From IMG/VR virus record IMGVR_UViG_3300045988_047143, positions 1 through 40,780 of that record: a stretch of 40,780 bases of DNA. One strand, 5' to 3'. How positions within the stretch are numbered: position 1 is the stretch's first letter; every line of letters begins with the position of its first letter. The notes beneath the pieces were generated by a model that was not told the origin of the DNA, made no database searches, and worked only from the letters and a program-made list of their open reading frames with translations. Below are positions 27,171 to 34,320 of the stretch, in pieces. This DNA is from a virus. The position numbers and the translations under genes are program-made.

Positions 27171-27524
27171 TCAGTCCTCCTGTGTTTCTTCGAGTTCGGC
27201 CTGTTCCGCTTCGGTTTTCTCCGATTCGGCCAGCTTGTTGTCGTCGAGCTCTTTCCTGCAGTGGAGTGGATTGCGGAGGAGTCGGCTGATCGCGGCGCCT
27301 TCCTTGACGACGTTCTGGCAGATGCCGATGCATTCCGCGACGACGACGGCGGGCGTGCCGTACAGTTCTTTCTTTTCGATGGTCGTGTCGGCCTTGTCGA
27401 TGAACGATGCGGCGGCGTCGCCTATCTTGCTGGCGGCCGGATAGAGGCTTGCGAGGTCGGCGTTCATGTCCTCGTCGTCGATGAGGGACTGTACGACGTA
27501 GTTGCTGCGGGTGGTTTTCTTCAT
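27171..27524 (-). CDS. Hypothetical protein, 117 aa with an acidic tail
   Basis: AAGGAG RBS before the ATG at 27524. Confidence 0.6.
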   Translation of the reverse strand: MKKTTRSNYVVQSLIDDEDMNADLASLYPAASKIGDAAASFIDKADTTIEKKELYGTPAVVVAECIGICQNVVKEGAAISRLLRNPLHCRKELDDNKLAESEKTEAEQAELEETQED

Positions 27525-27534
27525 TGGTTTCTCC

Positions 27535-28011
27535 TTATCTTGGAACGTATTCCTGTTGGAAGTTGATAATTGCCTGCGTGCACGGCTGGTAGGGGCTGCC
27601 GTGCCAGGTGAGCGGGTCGCCGGTCTTGCGTTTGCGGGGGCCGCGCGTGCCAAGCACGAGCTTGTCGGGGCGTCTTACGTGGACGTTCGCGTCGATGATC
27701 TGCCGGTCATCCTCGTATGCGACGCCGTTGAGCGCGTCGGTGAAGAGTTTCGCGAGATTGTCCCAGTCGCGTCCGCGCCGTGTCATGGTCCAGAAGATGA
27801 GTGTGATGGCGACCGGGCCTTTGTATGGGGGCAGGTCTGGGTATTGTCGTCGCCATTCCGAGTAGACGCGATTTTCCGCTTTCCGCGTGGCTTCGGGGGT
27901 GATGCCGTGGCCGTTGTAGACGCGTGGACGGCCTTTTGACTGTGGGTCTCCTGGGATTGTCAGCCTGCAGGCGGCCGGCCATGATGGCAGGTCGAGCGTG
28001 TCGAAGCTCAT
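27535..28011 (-). CDS. rusA: RusA-family Holliday junction resolvase, 158 aa
   Basis: IPGDPQSKGRPR...RRGRDWDNLAKLFTDALNGVAYEDDRQI matches the RusA pattern. Confidence 0.85.
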   Translation of the reverse strand: MSFDTLDLPSWPAACRLTIPGDPQSKGRPRVYNGHGITPEATRKAENRVYSEWRRQYPDLPPYKGPVAITLIFWTMTRRGRDWDNLAKLFTDALNGVAYEDDRQIIDANVHVRRPDKLVLGTRGPRKRKTGDPLTWHGSPYQPCTQAIINFQQEYVPR

Positions 28012-28646
28012 TTCGCCGCGTCCTTGCTGTAGTTGGCTTTCAAGTCCATGAGTTCGCCGTTGAGGAGTTTCGTGGCGAATCCGTAGACGACTTTGTCGTT
28101 GGTTTCGAACGCGGTTCGTTGCAATGCCGAGATGGAGTCGAAAATGCCGGTCAATGCGTTGGAGATGATGGCACGTGGGTCGGCTGTGGCTTGTGGCGTG
28201 CTGGTGATAATTCCGGTGGTGACGCCGTTTACCGTGAGCTTCGATTCGGTGACGTCGGTCGGCGTGAGTTTCTGTGTGGTGGTCATGGTTTCTTTCTTCT
28301 TTCCGCTTGTGGTTGTTTCCCGTGCTTTGCTGCGTGGCGAGTGCTTGTCGAAGGCCGGCAATAGTCCCTCCTTGCGGAGCTGGCTGAGAATGTTGCCGAC
28401 CGTTTTCGGACTCAGGCCGAGCGCTTCGGCGGTTTCCTTGCCGTCGAACGGTTGGCCTTGGCTGATGCGTTTTTTGCAGTGCGCGAGGATGCAGTCTCGT
28501 TTCGACGGTTTCTCCGGCAGTCCTTGCGTGAGGAGTCCGGCCTTGCGCAACGCCCGCATTTCGTCGAGTTCGAGTCCACCCTCTCCTGACTCGTTGTAGA
28601 TTTTTCTCAGTTCGGATAATTCTTCGAACGTGTATTCGTGTTTCAA
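28008..28646 (-). CDS. wHTH-containing early protein, 212 aa
   Basis: ETAEALGLSPKTVGNILSQLRKEGLL looks like a winged helix. TTG start overlapping the upstream TGA. Confidence 0.6.
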   Translation of the reverse strand: MKHEYTFEELSELRKIYNESGEGGLELDEMRALRKAGLLTQGLPEKPSKRDCILAHCKKRISQGQPFDGKETAEALGLSPKTVGNILSQLRKEGLLPAFDKHSPRSKARETTTSGKKKETMTTTQKLTPTDVTESKLTVNGVTTGIITSTPQATADPRAIISNALTGIFDSISALQRTAFETNDKVVYGFATKLLNGELMDLKANYSKDAAK

Positions 28647-28822
28647 CGTGTTCCTTTCCTGAGTTTTTCGATGAGCGCGTGGTTGCCGCTGATGAACTCG
28701 TCCACGTCGATTCCCTGCTGGGTGAGGGTCGGCTTGTTGTCGCCGAAGCGTGCTTTCACGTCGCTTGTGACGTTCGGACTGCTTTTAACCCGTGAGCCGG
28801 GATGAGCATGCCGTTTTTTCAC
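28643..28822 (-). CDS. Small protein, 59 aa (GTG start)
   Basis: GTGA coupling upstream and TTGA coupling downstream. Confidence 0.4.
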   Translation of the reverse strand: MKKRHAHPGSRVKSSPNVTSDVKARFGDNKPTLTQQGIDVDEFISGNHALIEKLRKGTR

Positions 28823-29037
28823 CTCGCCACCGTCCTTCGGTATTCGTGCGCAGAAGCCCACCGTTCGGCCACGGCGCGTTGGTATCTGACTTTGCGCCTG
28901 TCCTGATGTCCTTCGGGCGGTTCCACGCCGATTTTCAAGTACGGCGGGCCTTTGCCGGTACTCCGCCAGTTGGCGAGGGTGCGCACGCTCATGCCGAGCA
29001 TGACGGCCAGTTCGGCTGGCGTGAGCAGATCGGTCAT
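28819..29037 (-). CDS. Excisionase/MerR-like HTH protein (HTH_17-like), 72 aa
   Basis: LLTPAELAVMLGMSVRTLANWRSTGKGPPYLKIG is a typical Xis-family helix-turn-helix. ATGA-coupled. Confidence 0.7.
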   Translation of the reverse strand: MTDLLTPAELAVMLGMSVRTLANWRSTGKGPPYLKIGVEPPEGHQDRRKVRYQRAVAERWASAHEYRRTVAR

Positions 29038-29333
29038 GGCCTGCCGTCCTGAATGTCGCCCATCGGGTCGATGTGGAGGCCGTCGAGCATTTCCACGGTG
29101 TCGCCGCCGCGTTCGAGGTGACGTTTGAGCGCCTTGTCGATGGCCTGGCATGCGGTTCGGGCGGCAAGCGCGGTGGCCTCGCCGAGTCTGTTGCCGGTCA
29201 GGGTGACGCTGATCAGGCCGCCGTCCAGCGGCATGTCAAGTGCGGCGACGAACATTGGGTCGGATTCCGGGTTATCGGGGTCGATGTCGACGCAGAGCAC
29301 CCATTTTGCCGACTGTGGTTTGTTTTCGTCCAT
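29034..29333 (-). CDS. Hypothetical acidic protein, 99 aa
   Basis: First ORF after the 440-bp non-coding island, with an AAGGA RBS. Confidence 0.6.
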   Translation of the reverse strand: MDENKPQSAKWVLCVDIDPDNPESDPMFVAALDMPLDGGLISVTLTGNRLGEATALAARTACQAIDKALKRHLERGGDTVEMLDGLHIDPMGDIQDGRP

Positions 29334-29775
29334 GGTGTGGTTTCCTTTGCTTGTTTGGCGTTGTGTGCCCCGTCCTGACGAGTGGATGGGGCTGAGTGGC
29401 TGGCATTGGAGTCGAACCAGTGCCGTCCGTGGATTCCGAGCGCCCCTTTGACTGTTGGAACAACGACCTGAACGTGTTCGCGGTCGGTGGCGTGGCCGAC
29501 GGTGACTGGCCGTCAGGCGGATTTGAAAGGGTCTGCAAGCACCGGAGTGCCTGCGTTTTTGATAGAGAGAAGAAGATTTGGAATCCGTGGACGGGCGAAC
29601 CGTCGCCCAGCCGAAGCCACGACAGAGTGATGTGTATGTAAACGCCGTGGCGGATTATTTTGTTGTTTGTCGATATCAGTTATGGTTCCCGCCAGCCGAC
29701 AATGGTGAACGTGGATGTCCGCGAAAACATCCCTAATTGGTTTGTTTTGTTGGACTGTCGGCTGGTGGGAAGTCT
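29334..29775. other. 442-bp non-coding, highly structured island inside the early operon (candidate ncRNA, terminator/promoter junction or cis element)
   Basis: No credible ORF on either strand. It carries nested perfect or G:U-containing helices (details in findings). Confidence 0.6.
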
Positions 29776-29988
29776 TTAATCTCGTGGCGCGAAACGCACG
29801 GTCAGCCATAGGCCGGTCAGAATGTAGATGACGCTCACAAGGACGGTCGCAGTCTGCGAGTCGGCTGTACGCCACGTGAAGAGGAGTGTGGCCGAGGCGG
29901 TGCATGCGATGATGGCGAGCAGGGTCTTGATGCGGCGGAGCGTGTAGTTCGGCTTCCTGACTTCGTGGTTGCTGCCATGGCTGGTCAT
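29776..29988 (-). CDS. Small two-TM membrane protein, 70 aa
   Basis: GGAGG RBS. Hydrophobic helices LLAIIACTASATLLF and VLVSVIYILTGLWL. Confidence 0.6.
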   Translation of the reverse strand: MTSHGSNHEVRKPNYTLRRIKTLLAIIACTASATLLFTWRTADSQTATVLVSVIYILTGLWLTVRFAPRD

Positions 29989-30107
29989 TTGTCTGCCTCC
30001 AGTTCCTTGAGGATTCGATTGCATTCGCGGCGGATGCGCTGCACCTCGGTCTTGGTGAGGTTGAAGTCGTATTGGCCGGTCGAGGTGCGGAGGCTCATTC
30101 GGGCCAT
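29985..30107 (-). CDS. Small protein, 40 aa (MARMSLRTSTGQYDFNLTKTEVQRIRRECNRILKELEADK), possibly the 3' part of a gene starting at 30168
   Basis: High GC3 occurs only in this frame. The upstream coupled start at 30168 is in another frame, separated by an A6 run (plus strand T6 at 30118-30123). Confidence 0.4.
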   Translation of the reverse strand: MARMSLRTSTGQYDFNLTKTEVQRIRRECNRILKELEADK

Positions 30108-30164
30108 CGTCACCCCGTTTTTTGGCGAATGTCTTGATTTCGAATCCGCCGTCGTCCATCCAGC

Positions 30165-30329
30165 TCATCGCGTGTCTCCCACCTTGTCGTTGAGTTCGAG
30201 CAGGTCGAGTTGTTCACGGCATTTCGCTTCGATTTGCGTCCGCCTGGTCTCGTCAGTCTCCTCGCTGAGCTGGGTGAACAGGTCGCGCAGATTCTGGAGG
30301 ATCTGATCTCGTTGTTCCAGGAATGTCAT
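30165..30329 (-). CDS. Small helical protein, 54 aa
   Basis: My own translation; ATGA-coupled at both ends. Confidence 0.45.
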   Translation of the reverse strand: MTFLEQRDQILQNLRDLFTQLSEETDETRRTQIEAKCREQLDLLELNDKVGDTR

Positions 30330-30541
30330 CTTGTTGCTCCGATCTTGTTGGAGAGGTTGTAGGCGATGTCTTCGATTTCCGCCGAGGTGAAGTCCGCGAG
30401 GGTGACGTCTTGGATGCCGTCCACGAGGCTGGCGCTGCCGTCCTCATGGAGACGGATGTAGAAGCCGCTTGATGCGAGCAGCAGGCTTCCGGTTTCGTGG
30501 AGTGTCGGCGGTTTTGGCGGGTTGAGTAGTTGGCTGGTCAT
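30326..30541 (-). CDS. Small protein, 71 aa
   Basis: ATGA-coupled start at 30541 (MTSQLLNPPK...). Confidence 0.55.
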   Translation of the reverse strand: MTSQLLNPPKPPTLHETGSLLLASSGFYIRLHEDGSASLVDGIQDVTLADFTSAEIEDIAYNLSNKIGATR

Positions 30542-30753
30542 TTCCGCGCTTCCTTGACGATCGTGTCGATGATGACGTCCACGAGACCGGATACGTCGAG
30601 GTCGACGTATCCGACGATGCGGTCGAGCGACCTCATGGCCTCCGCATCCCCGGCCTTGAATGGGTGGACTATTTCGCCATGGGTCTCGAATTCGTCGAAG
30701 ACGGCTTCCACGCAGGCCTTGCGCAGTTCTTTGGTGTAGGTCTTGCTGTCCAT
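30538..30753 (-). CDS. Small acidic protein, 71 aa
   Basis: AAGGAG RBS before the ATG at 30753 (MDSKTYTKEL...). Confidence 0.55.
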   Translation of the reverse strand: MDSKTYTKELRKACVEAVFDEFETHGEIVHPFKAGDAEAMRSLDRIVGYVDLDVSGLVDVIIDTIVKEARK

Positions 30754-30773
30754 CGGACACTCCTTTGTGGGTT

Positions 30774-31022
30774 TCAGGCTTTGAATTGTTTGATGCTGTC
30801 GATTGGCTGGATGAGGAGCATGACGAGGTTTTCGGGTTCCATGTCGAGCATGGATGCCGCTTTTTCGATTTCGTCTGTCGAGAGTGGCGTGTGGCCTTTG
30901 AGCCTGTTGTTTACGGCTCTTATTTCGAGGCCCCATGCTTTTGCTAGGTCTTTCGGTGTCTTGTCGTGTCTTGCGAGTTCCGCTTTGAGGTTTCTGGTGG
31001 CTGTTTCCGTCAGACAGGCCAT
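30774..31022 (-). CDS. Cro-like XRE HTH regulator, 82 aa
   Basis: TPKDLAKAWGLEIRAVNNRLKG is an HTH. It is divergent from the repressor gene and has a GAGGAGG RBS. Confidence 0.8.
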   Translation of the reverse strand: MACLTETATRNLKAELARHDKTPKDLAKAWGLEIRAVNNRLKGHTPLSTDEIEKAASMLDMEPENLVMLLIQPIDSIKQFKA

Positions 31023-31138
31023 TCATCCTCCTCGATTCCCTGTTTGGTGAGGCAGGCTCTCCAGTCGTGCCAGCCGGGGCCGCGCATGTGGCCGCATGGG
31101 TAGTGGTCGGGGGTCTTGGTTCTTTTGGTGCTCAACAT
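31010..31138 (-). CDS. Leader mini-ORF, 42 aa, Cys/His-rich (HYPCGHMRGPGWHDWRAC)
   Basis: High GC3 and an AAAGGA RBS. It overlaps the cro start by 13 nt and is below the ORF-track cutoff. Confidence 0.4.
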   Translation of the reverse strand: MLSTKRTKTPDHYPCGHMRGPGWHDWRACLTKQGIEEDEWPV

Positions 31139-31259
31139 CTCGTTTTTCCTTTCGACGGTTTTAATCTATGCAAATTCGTAGATTTAGACTATGAATTTGC
31201 ATAGTTCTTTACAATTTGTACACATTGACTACGTAATTGGCTATACTGGAGGCATGGGT
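31139..31259. promoter_or_regulatory. Divergent lysis/lysogeny switch region with a 10-bp inverted-repeat operator
   Basis: ATGCAAATTC-N15-GAATTTGCAT at 31168-31202. TATACT lies at 31242-31247 just upstream of the repressor start. The region is AT-rich. Confidence 0.65.
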
Positions 31260-31616
31260 ATGAAAGCAAACGAAGTGACCGCATTCGCAAAACAGGTCAT
31301 GCGAGAGTGCGTCAGGCTTCAAAAGCAAAGCGGCATGACCATCAAGGAATTCACCAAGGCTTGCGGCTTCGGCGAGGACTACTGGTACAAACGGCAGAAC
31401 TTCACGCGCCCGCTCAATCTGAGTGACCTGGAACGCATCAGCGAAGTGACCGGCGTACCCATCGGAGACATCGTGATGGACTCCAAACGCCATGCGGTCG
31501 AAGCCGCCGAGAGGAAAGCGCAGGCAGGCGGCTATGGTCTTGCCGCCTATAACACAGCGGGCAAGCAGGAGGCCATCGATGGAGAGGCTGGGCCAGATTA
31601 CGACGAGCCTGCCTGA
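31260..31616 (+). CDS. Phage repressor, XRE-family HTH without a peptidase domain (ImmR-like), 118 aa
   Basis: MTIKEFTKACGFGEDYWYKRQN is an HTH. GGAGG lies 7 nt upstream of the ATG at 31260. It is followed by the ImmA-like gene. Confidence 0.8.
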   Translation: MKANEVTAFAKQVMRECVRLQKQSGMTIKEFTKACGFGEDYWYKRQNFTRPLNLSDLERISEVTGVPIGDIVMDSKRHAVEAAERKAQAGGYGLAAYNTAGKQEAIDGEAGPDYDEPA

Positions 31617-32031
31617 CCTGCCGATCGACCGGCGCATGACATACGGCGCCATGCGCCGCGCCATCATCGGCCTGCCTGTCACCGTATCCAGCGCCATCCT
31701 GCCGGACGGACTATGGGGTTGCTACGACGACGAAACCCGCGTCATCCTCATAGACCGTCGGCTCACTTATGCGGCGAAGCGCTGCACGTTGGTGCACGAG
31801 CTCTTGCATTGGCGGCACGGCGACACGTCATGTGGCCATGTGGCACAGAGTCGCGAGGAGCATAGGGCAAGACGCGAAACCGCCTTGACGCTGATAGACC
31901 CACTCCGCTACGGCATGCTCGAACAAATGTACGAGGGGAATTCGTGGAATATCGCCCAGGAACTGGAGGTGACCCAGCAGGTGCTCGGAGACTTCCGACT
32001 GGCAATGTCTGAGCGAGTCTGCATCATTTAA
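31579..32031 (+). CDS. ImmA/IrrE-family zinc metallopeptidase (anti-repressor protease), 150 aa
   Basis: HELLHWRHGD contains the HExxH motif. AGGAGG lies 7 nt upstream. It overlaps the repressor 3' end. Confidence 0.8.
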   Translation: MERLGQITTSLPDLPIDRRMTYGAMRRAIIGLPVTVSSAILPDGLWGCYDDETRVILIDRRLTYAAKRCTLVHELLHWRHGDTSCGHVAQSREEHRARRETALTLIDPLRYGMLEQMYEGNSWNIAQELEVTQQVLGDFRLAMSERVCII

Positions 32032-32062
32032 GCGATAGAACCAAGAAGAAGGGAGAATAACG

Positions 32063-33151
32063 ATGGAATTTGAAGAGAGCCTTAATCAGGTTGCGGCAAA
32101 GGTACGCGGCCTAAAGGATGGAATCGAGACCGAAGAAGCTACAAAGAACGCTTTTATCATGCCGTTCATCGGCCAGGTACTCGGTTATGACGTATTCAAT
32201 CCAACCGAAGTCGTGCCAGAATTCACCGCCGACGTTGGAGTCAAAAAAGGCGAAAAGGTCGATTACGCGCTCGTGCACGACGATCAAGTGCAGATTCTTA
32301 TCGAATGCAAGAAGATCGGCGTACCGCTCAGCTTGGAGAACGCAAGCCAGCTGTACCGGTATTTCGCGGTGACGAACGCGCGCATCGGCGTTCTGACCAA
32401 CGGCCAGGTATGGAATTTCTACATGGACATCGATGAACCGAACCGCATGGACTCGAAACCGTTCCTGGTGCTGGATCTATTGGATATCGACCCGACGATA
32501 ATCCCGGCGTTGCAGAAGCTGACCAAGCCGGCGTTCGACCTTGATTCCATCGCCAGCAGTGCCGAAGAGCTCAAATACGTGGGTGCACTCAAGAGGGCCG
32601 TCGGCGACGAGTTCAAAGAGCCGTCGGACGAATTCGTGAAGCTGCTCGCCTCGCACGTGTACGAAGGCGCGTTCTATGCGTCGGTCATGGAGAAGTTCAG
32701 GCCATTGGTGGCGAAGGCGCTGAAGCAGTATCTGTCAGATCAGGTCAACGATCGACTCAAGACGGCACTCGGCGCGGATGATATCAAGATCGACACAATC
32801 GAGCCAGACGCAAACGAGGAAACAAACGACGAAGACGAATCCAATGGCAACGACGACGATGGAATCGTCACCACCGAGGAGGAAATCGCCGGTTACCGAA
32901 TCATCAAAGCCATCGCATGCAGCGATGTGGATCCGGAACGTGTAACGATGAGAGACGCAAAGGGATACTGCGCAGTATTCCTCGACGATAACAACCGCAA
33001 GCCAATTGTTCGTCTTTATTTCAACACTAAGCAGAAATATCTCGGTGTTTTCGACGAAAACAAGAACTGCGAGCGTATGCCTATCGATACGCTTAATGGT
33101 ATCTATGCATACTCTGAGCAGATTCGCGAAGAGGTGCGCCGCCTTCTATAA
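32063..33151 (+). CDS. HsdR_N-type PD-(D/E)xK nuclease-domain protein with acidic linker and C-terminal domain, 362 aa
   Basis: The N-terminus ...EEATKNAFIMPFI...KVDYALVHDDQVQILIECKK...GVLTNGQVWNFY resembles the type I restriction HsdR N-terminal fold. AAGGGAG RBS. It is the third gene of the repressor operon. Confidence 0.7.
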   Translation: MEFEESLNQVAAKVRGLKDGIETEEATKNAFIMPFIGQVLGYDVFNPTEVVPEFTADVGVKKGEKVDYALVHDDQVQILIECKKIGVPLSLENASQLYRYFAVTNARIGVLTNGQVWNFYMDIDEPNRMDSKPFLVLDLLDIDPTIIPALQKLTKPAFDLDSIASSAEELKYVGALKRAVGDEFKEPSDEFVKLLASHVYEGAFYASVMEKFRPLVAKALKQYLSDQVNDRLKTALGADDIKIDTIEPDANEETNDEDESNGNDDDGIVTTEEEIAGYRIIKAIACSDVDPERVTMRDAKGYCAVFLDDNNRKPIVRLYFNTKQKYLGVFDENKNCERMPIDTLNGIYAYSEQIREEVRRLL

Positions 33152-33277
33152 CAGCATCATTGAAAACAGTTCGAGTCCCGATGTGCAGCTCAATGAATGT
33201 CGGGACTCTGCCTTAAAAGCTGTGCGCATTGGTGACGTGCAGACTCGAATCATCGCATAGCGTCATCAATGCTCTTT

Positions 33278-33301
33278 GCCCCACATTTGTGGGGCTTTTT
33301 T
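33278..33301 (+). terminator. Intrinsic terminator of the lysogeny operon
   Basis: GCCCCAC-ATTT-GTGGGGC followed by TTTTTT. Confidence 0.8.
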
Positions 33302-33408
33302 CATATGCGCTTATATTTAAGCCGGCTGGCCTGTAACGTGGGTAAGCGTTGATTTTCCGGCACATTCTCCTTATAAAAAGAATGTTAAAGCATGTATAGC
33401 TTATATAT

Positions 33409-33505
33409 GTGCAATCACAATTGCACCAAACGTCTCTACTTTCTCTTTTGCAATTTTACTCGCTGTGCAATTTGACTTTTACTTTCGAGTGCAATTACAA
33501 TGCAG
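33409..33505. repeat. Cluster of TGCAAT motifs (iteron/operator-like) in an AT-rich region upstream of 33610
   Basis: The palindrome GTGCAAT-caca-ATTGCAC lies at 33409-33426, with further TGCAAT copies at about 33449, 33466 and 33490. Confidence 0.6.
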
Positions 33506-33609
33506 TTATAAACGAAAAAGCCCCGACGCTGACCAGAGCAAATCGGGGCGACGGAAAACCAGCTAGATTCTCCATGCACCATTCTAAGGCAAAGCATGGA
33601 GGGAAAGAC

Positions 33610-34107
33610 ATGGAAGACATGGGATACCAGAACACGCAAGCCCTTTACGACCTAAACCGCACCGGACGCCTCGCCAAGAAGCGCGGAGACAACCTGACCT
33701 GCTACACCACTGCGCAACTCGCAATCTCCTTCATGTGCTCCATGACCTACGACTGGGACCGCGAACGCAACCAGCCGCCCGAGAAGCTGCGCAAGGTCAA
33801 CGCGCCATGCCGCTACTACACGCTCGGCTGGCGCGCCATCGCCGACGCATACGGCATGATTCTGCTCACGCCGGAGCAGTCCATGGGCGAGAATGCCGAT
33901 AAGGAGATGAAGAAGCGCGAGAACACAGTCAAGACGAACATAAGCAACGCCTGGCTGTTCCTCCAGGAGCGTGGTGTGATCAAAAAGCTGGAACCCGCTT
34001 CGCTCGGCAAGAACGCCGGCTTCCTGCTCCTGCTTGGCGACGACGAGGAGAATCGTGCGGTGGAACGGTGGGCGCGCCAATGCCTCAACCTGCCGATGGT
34101 CTGGTGA
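33610..34107 (+). CDS. Hypothetical wHTH-like DNA-binding protein, 165 aa
   Basis: Very high GC3. GGAGGG lies 6 nt before the ATG at 33610. The C-terminal ...NISNAWLFLQERGVIKKLEPASLGKNAGFLL looks like a winged helix. Confidence 0.65.
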   Translation: MEDMGYQNTQALYDLNRTGRLAKKRGDNLTCYTTAQLAISFMCSMTYDWDRERNQPPEKLRKVNAPCRYYTLGWRAIADAYGMILLTPEQSMGENADKEMKKRENTVKTNISNAWLFLQERGVIKKLEPASLGKNAGFLLLLGDDEENRAVERWARQCLNLPMVW

Positions 34108-34110
34108 TTC

Positions 34111-34133
34111 CGTGCCCACATTTTGCCCACGTC
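34111..34133. repeat. 23-bp direct repeat CGTGCCCACATTTTGCCCACGTC, copy 1
   Basis: Identical to 34321-34343. It sits just after the stop of the 165-aa gene. Confidence 0.9.
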
Positions 34134-34320
34134 CTTCCGGTAATTGACGTGAATTGCAGTGATTTGAAGTGAATTGCAAACCATGCGGGAACCGTTGGAA
34201 ACACTGAGAAAACGGCGGAATCATGCGGAAGCTGGAAAACGCTACATGTAATCTGCAGATACATGCGCGACTCAACGAAACGCCAATGATGGCAACGGTT
34301 GAAACCGTCAATCAGGCCAT

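Noticed and set aside
26665-27333. A 222-aa Arg/Gly/Pro-rich minus-strand ORF. Similar out-of-frame ORFs lie at 24967-25896 and 28643-29167.
   Set aside because: These are frame-shadow ORFs overlapping better-supported coupled genes. Only their C-terminal pieces, behind real starts, were kept.
29395-29425. A tRNA/tmRNA-like element: the minus strand reads CTGGTTCGACTCCAATGCCAGCCA (T-loop-like GGTTCGACTCC), and the plus strand starts GGGGCTGA like a tmRNA 5' end.
   Set aside because: No matching 5' acceptor strand, D-arm or anticodon arm could be folded within 70-95 nt. The T-stem would have a C:A mismatch on the tRNA-sense strand, while the hairpin pairs better (G:U) on the opposite strand. 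There is no CAGCCCC...ACCA 3' end for a tmRNA. I treat it as part of the structured spacer, not as a tRNA or an att core; the integrase is 5 kb away.
29776-30168. A single 130-aa ORF as listed in the track.
   Set aside because: The middle third has non-coding GC3 and a Pro/Arg/Gln-rich translation. I split it into a coupled 5' start, a +1-frame small ORF and the 70-aa membrane protein (see the finding on the A6 run).
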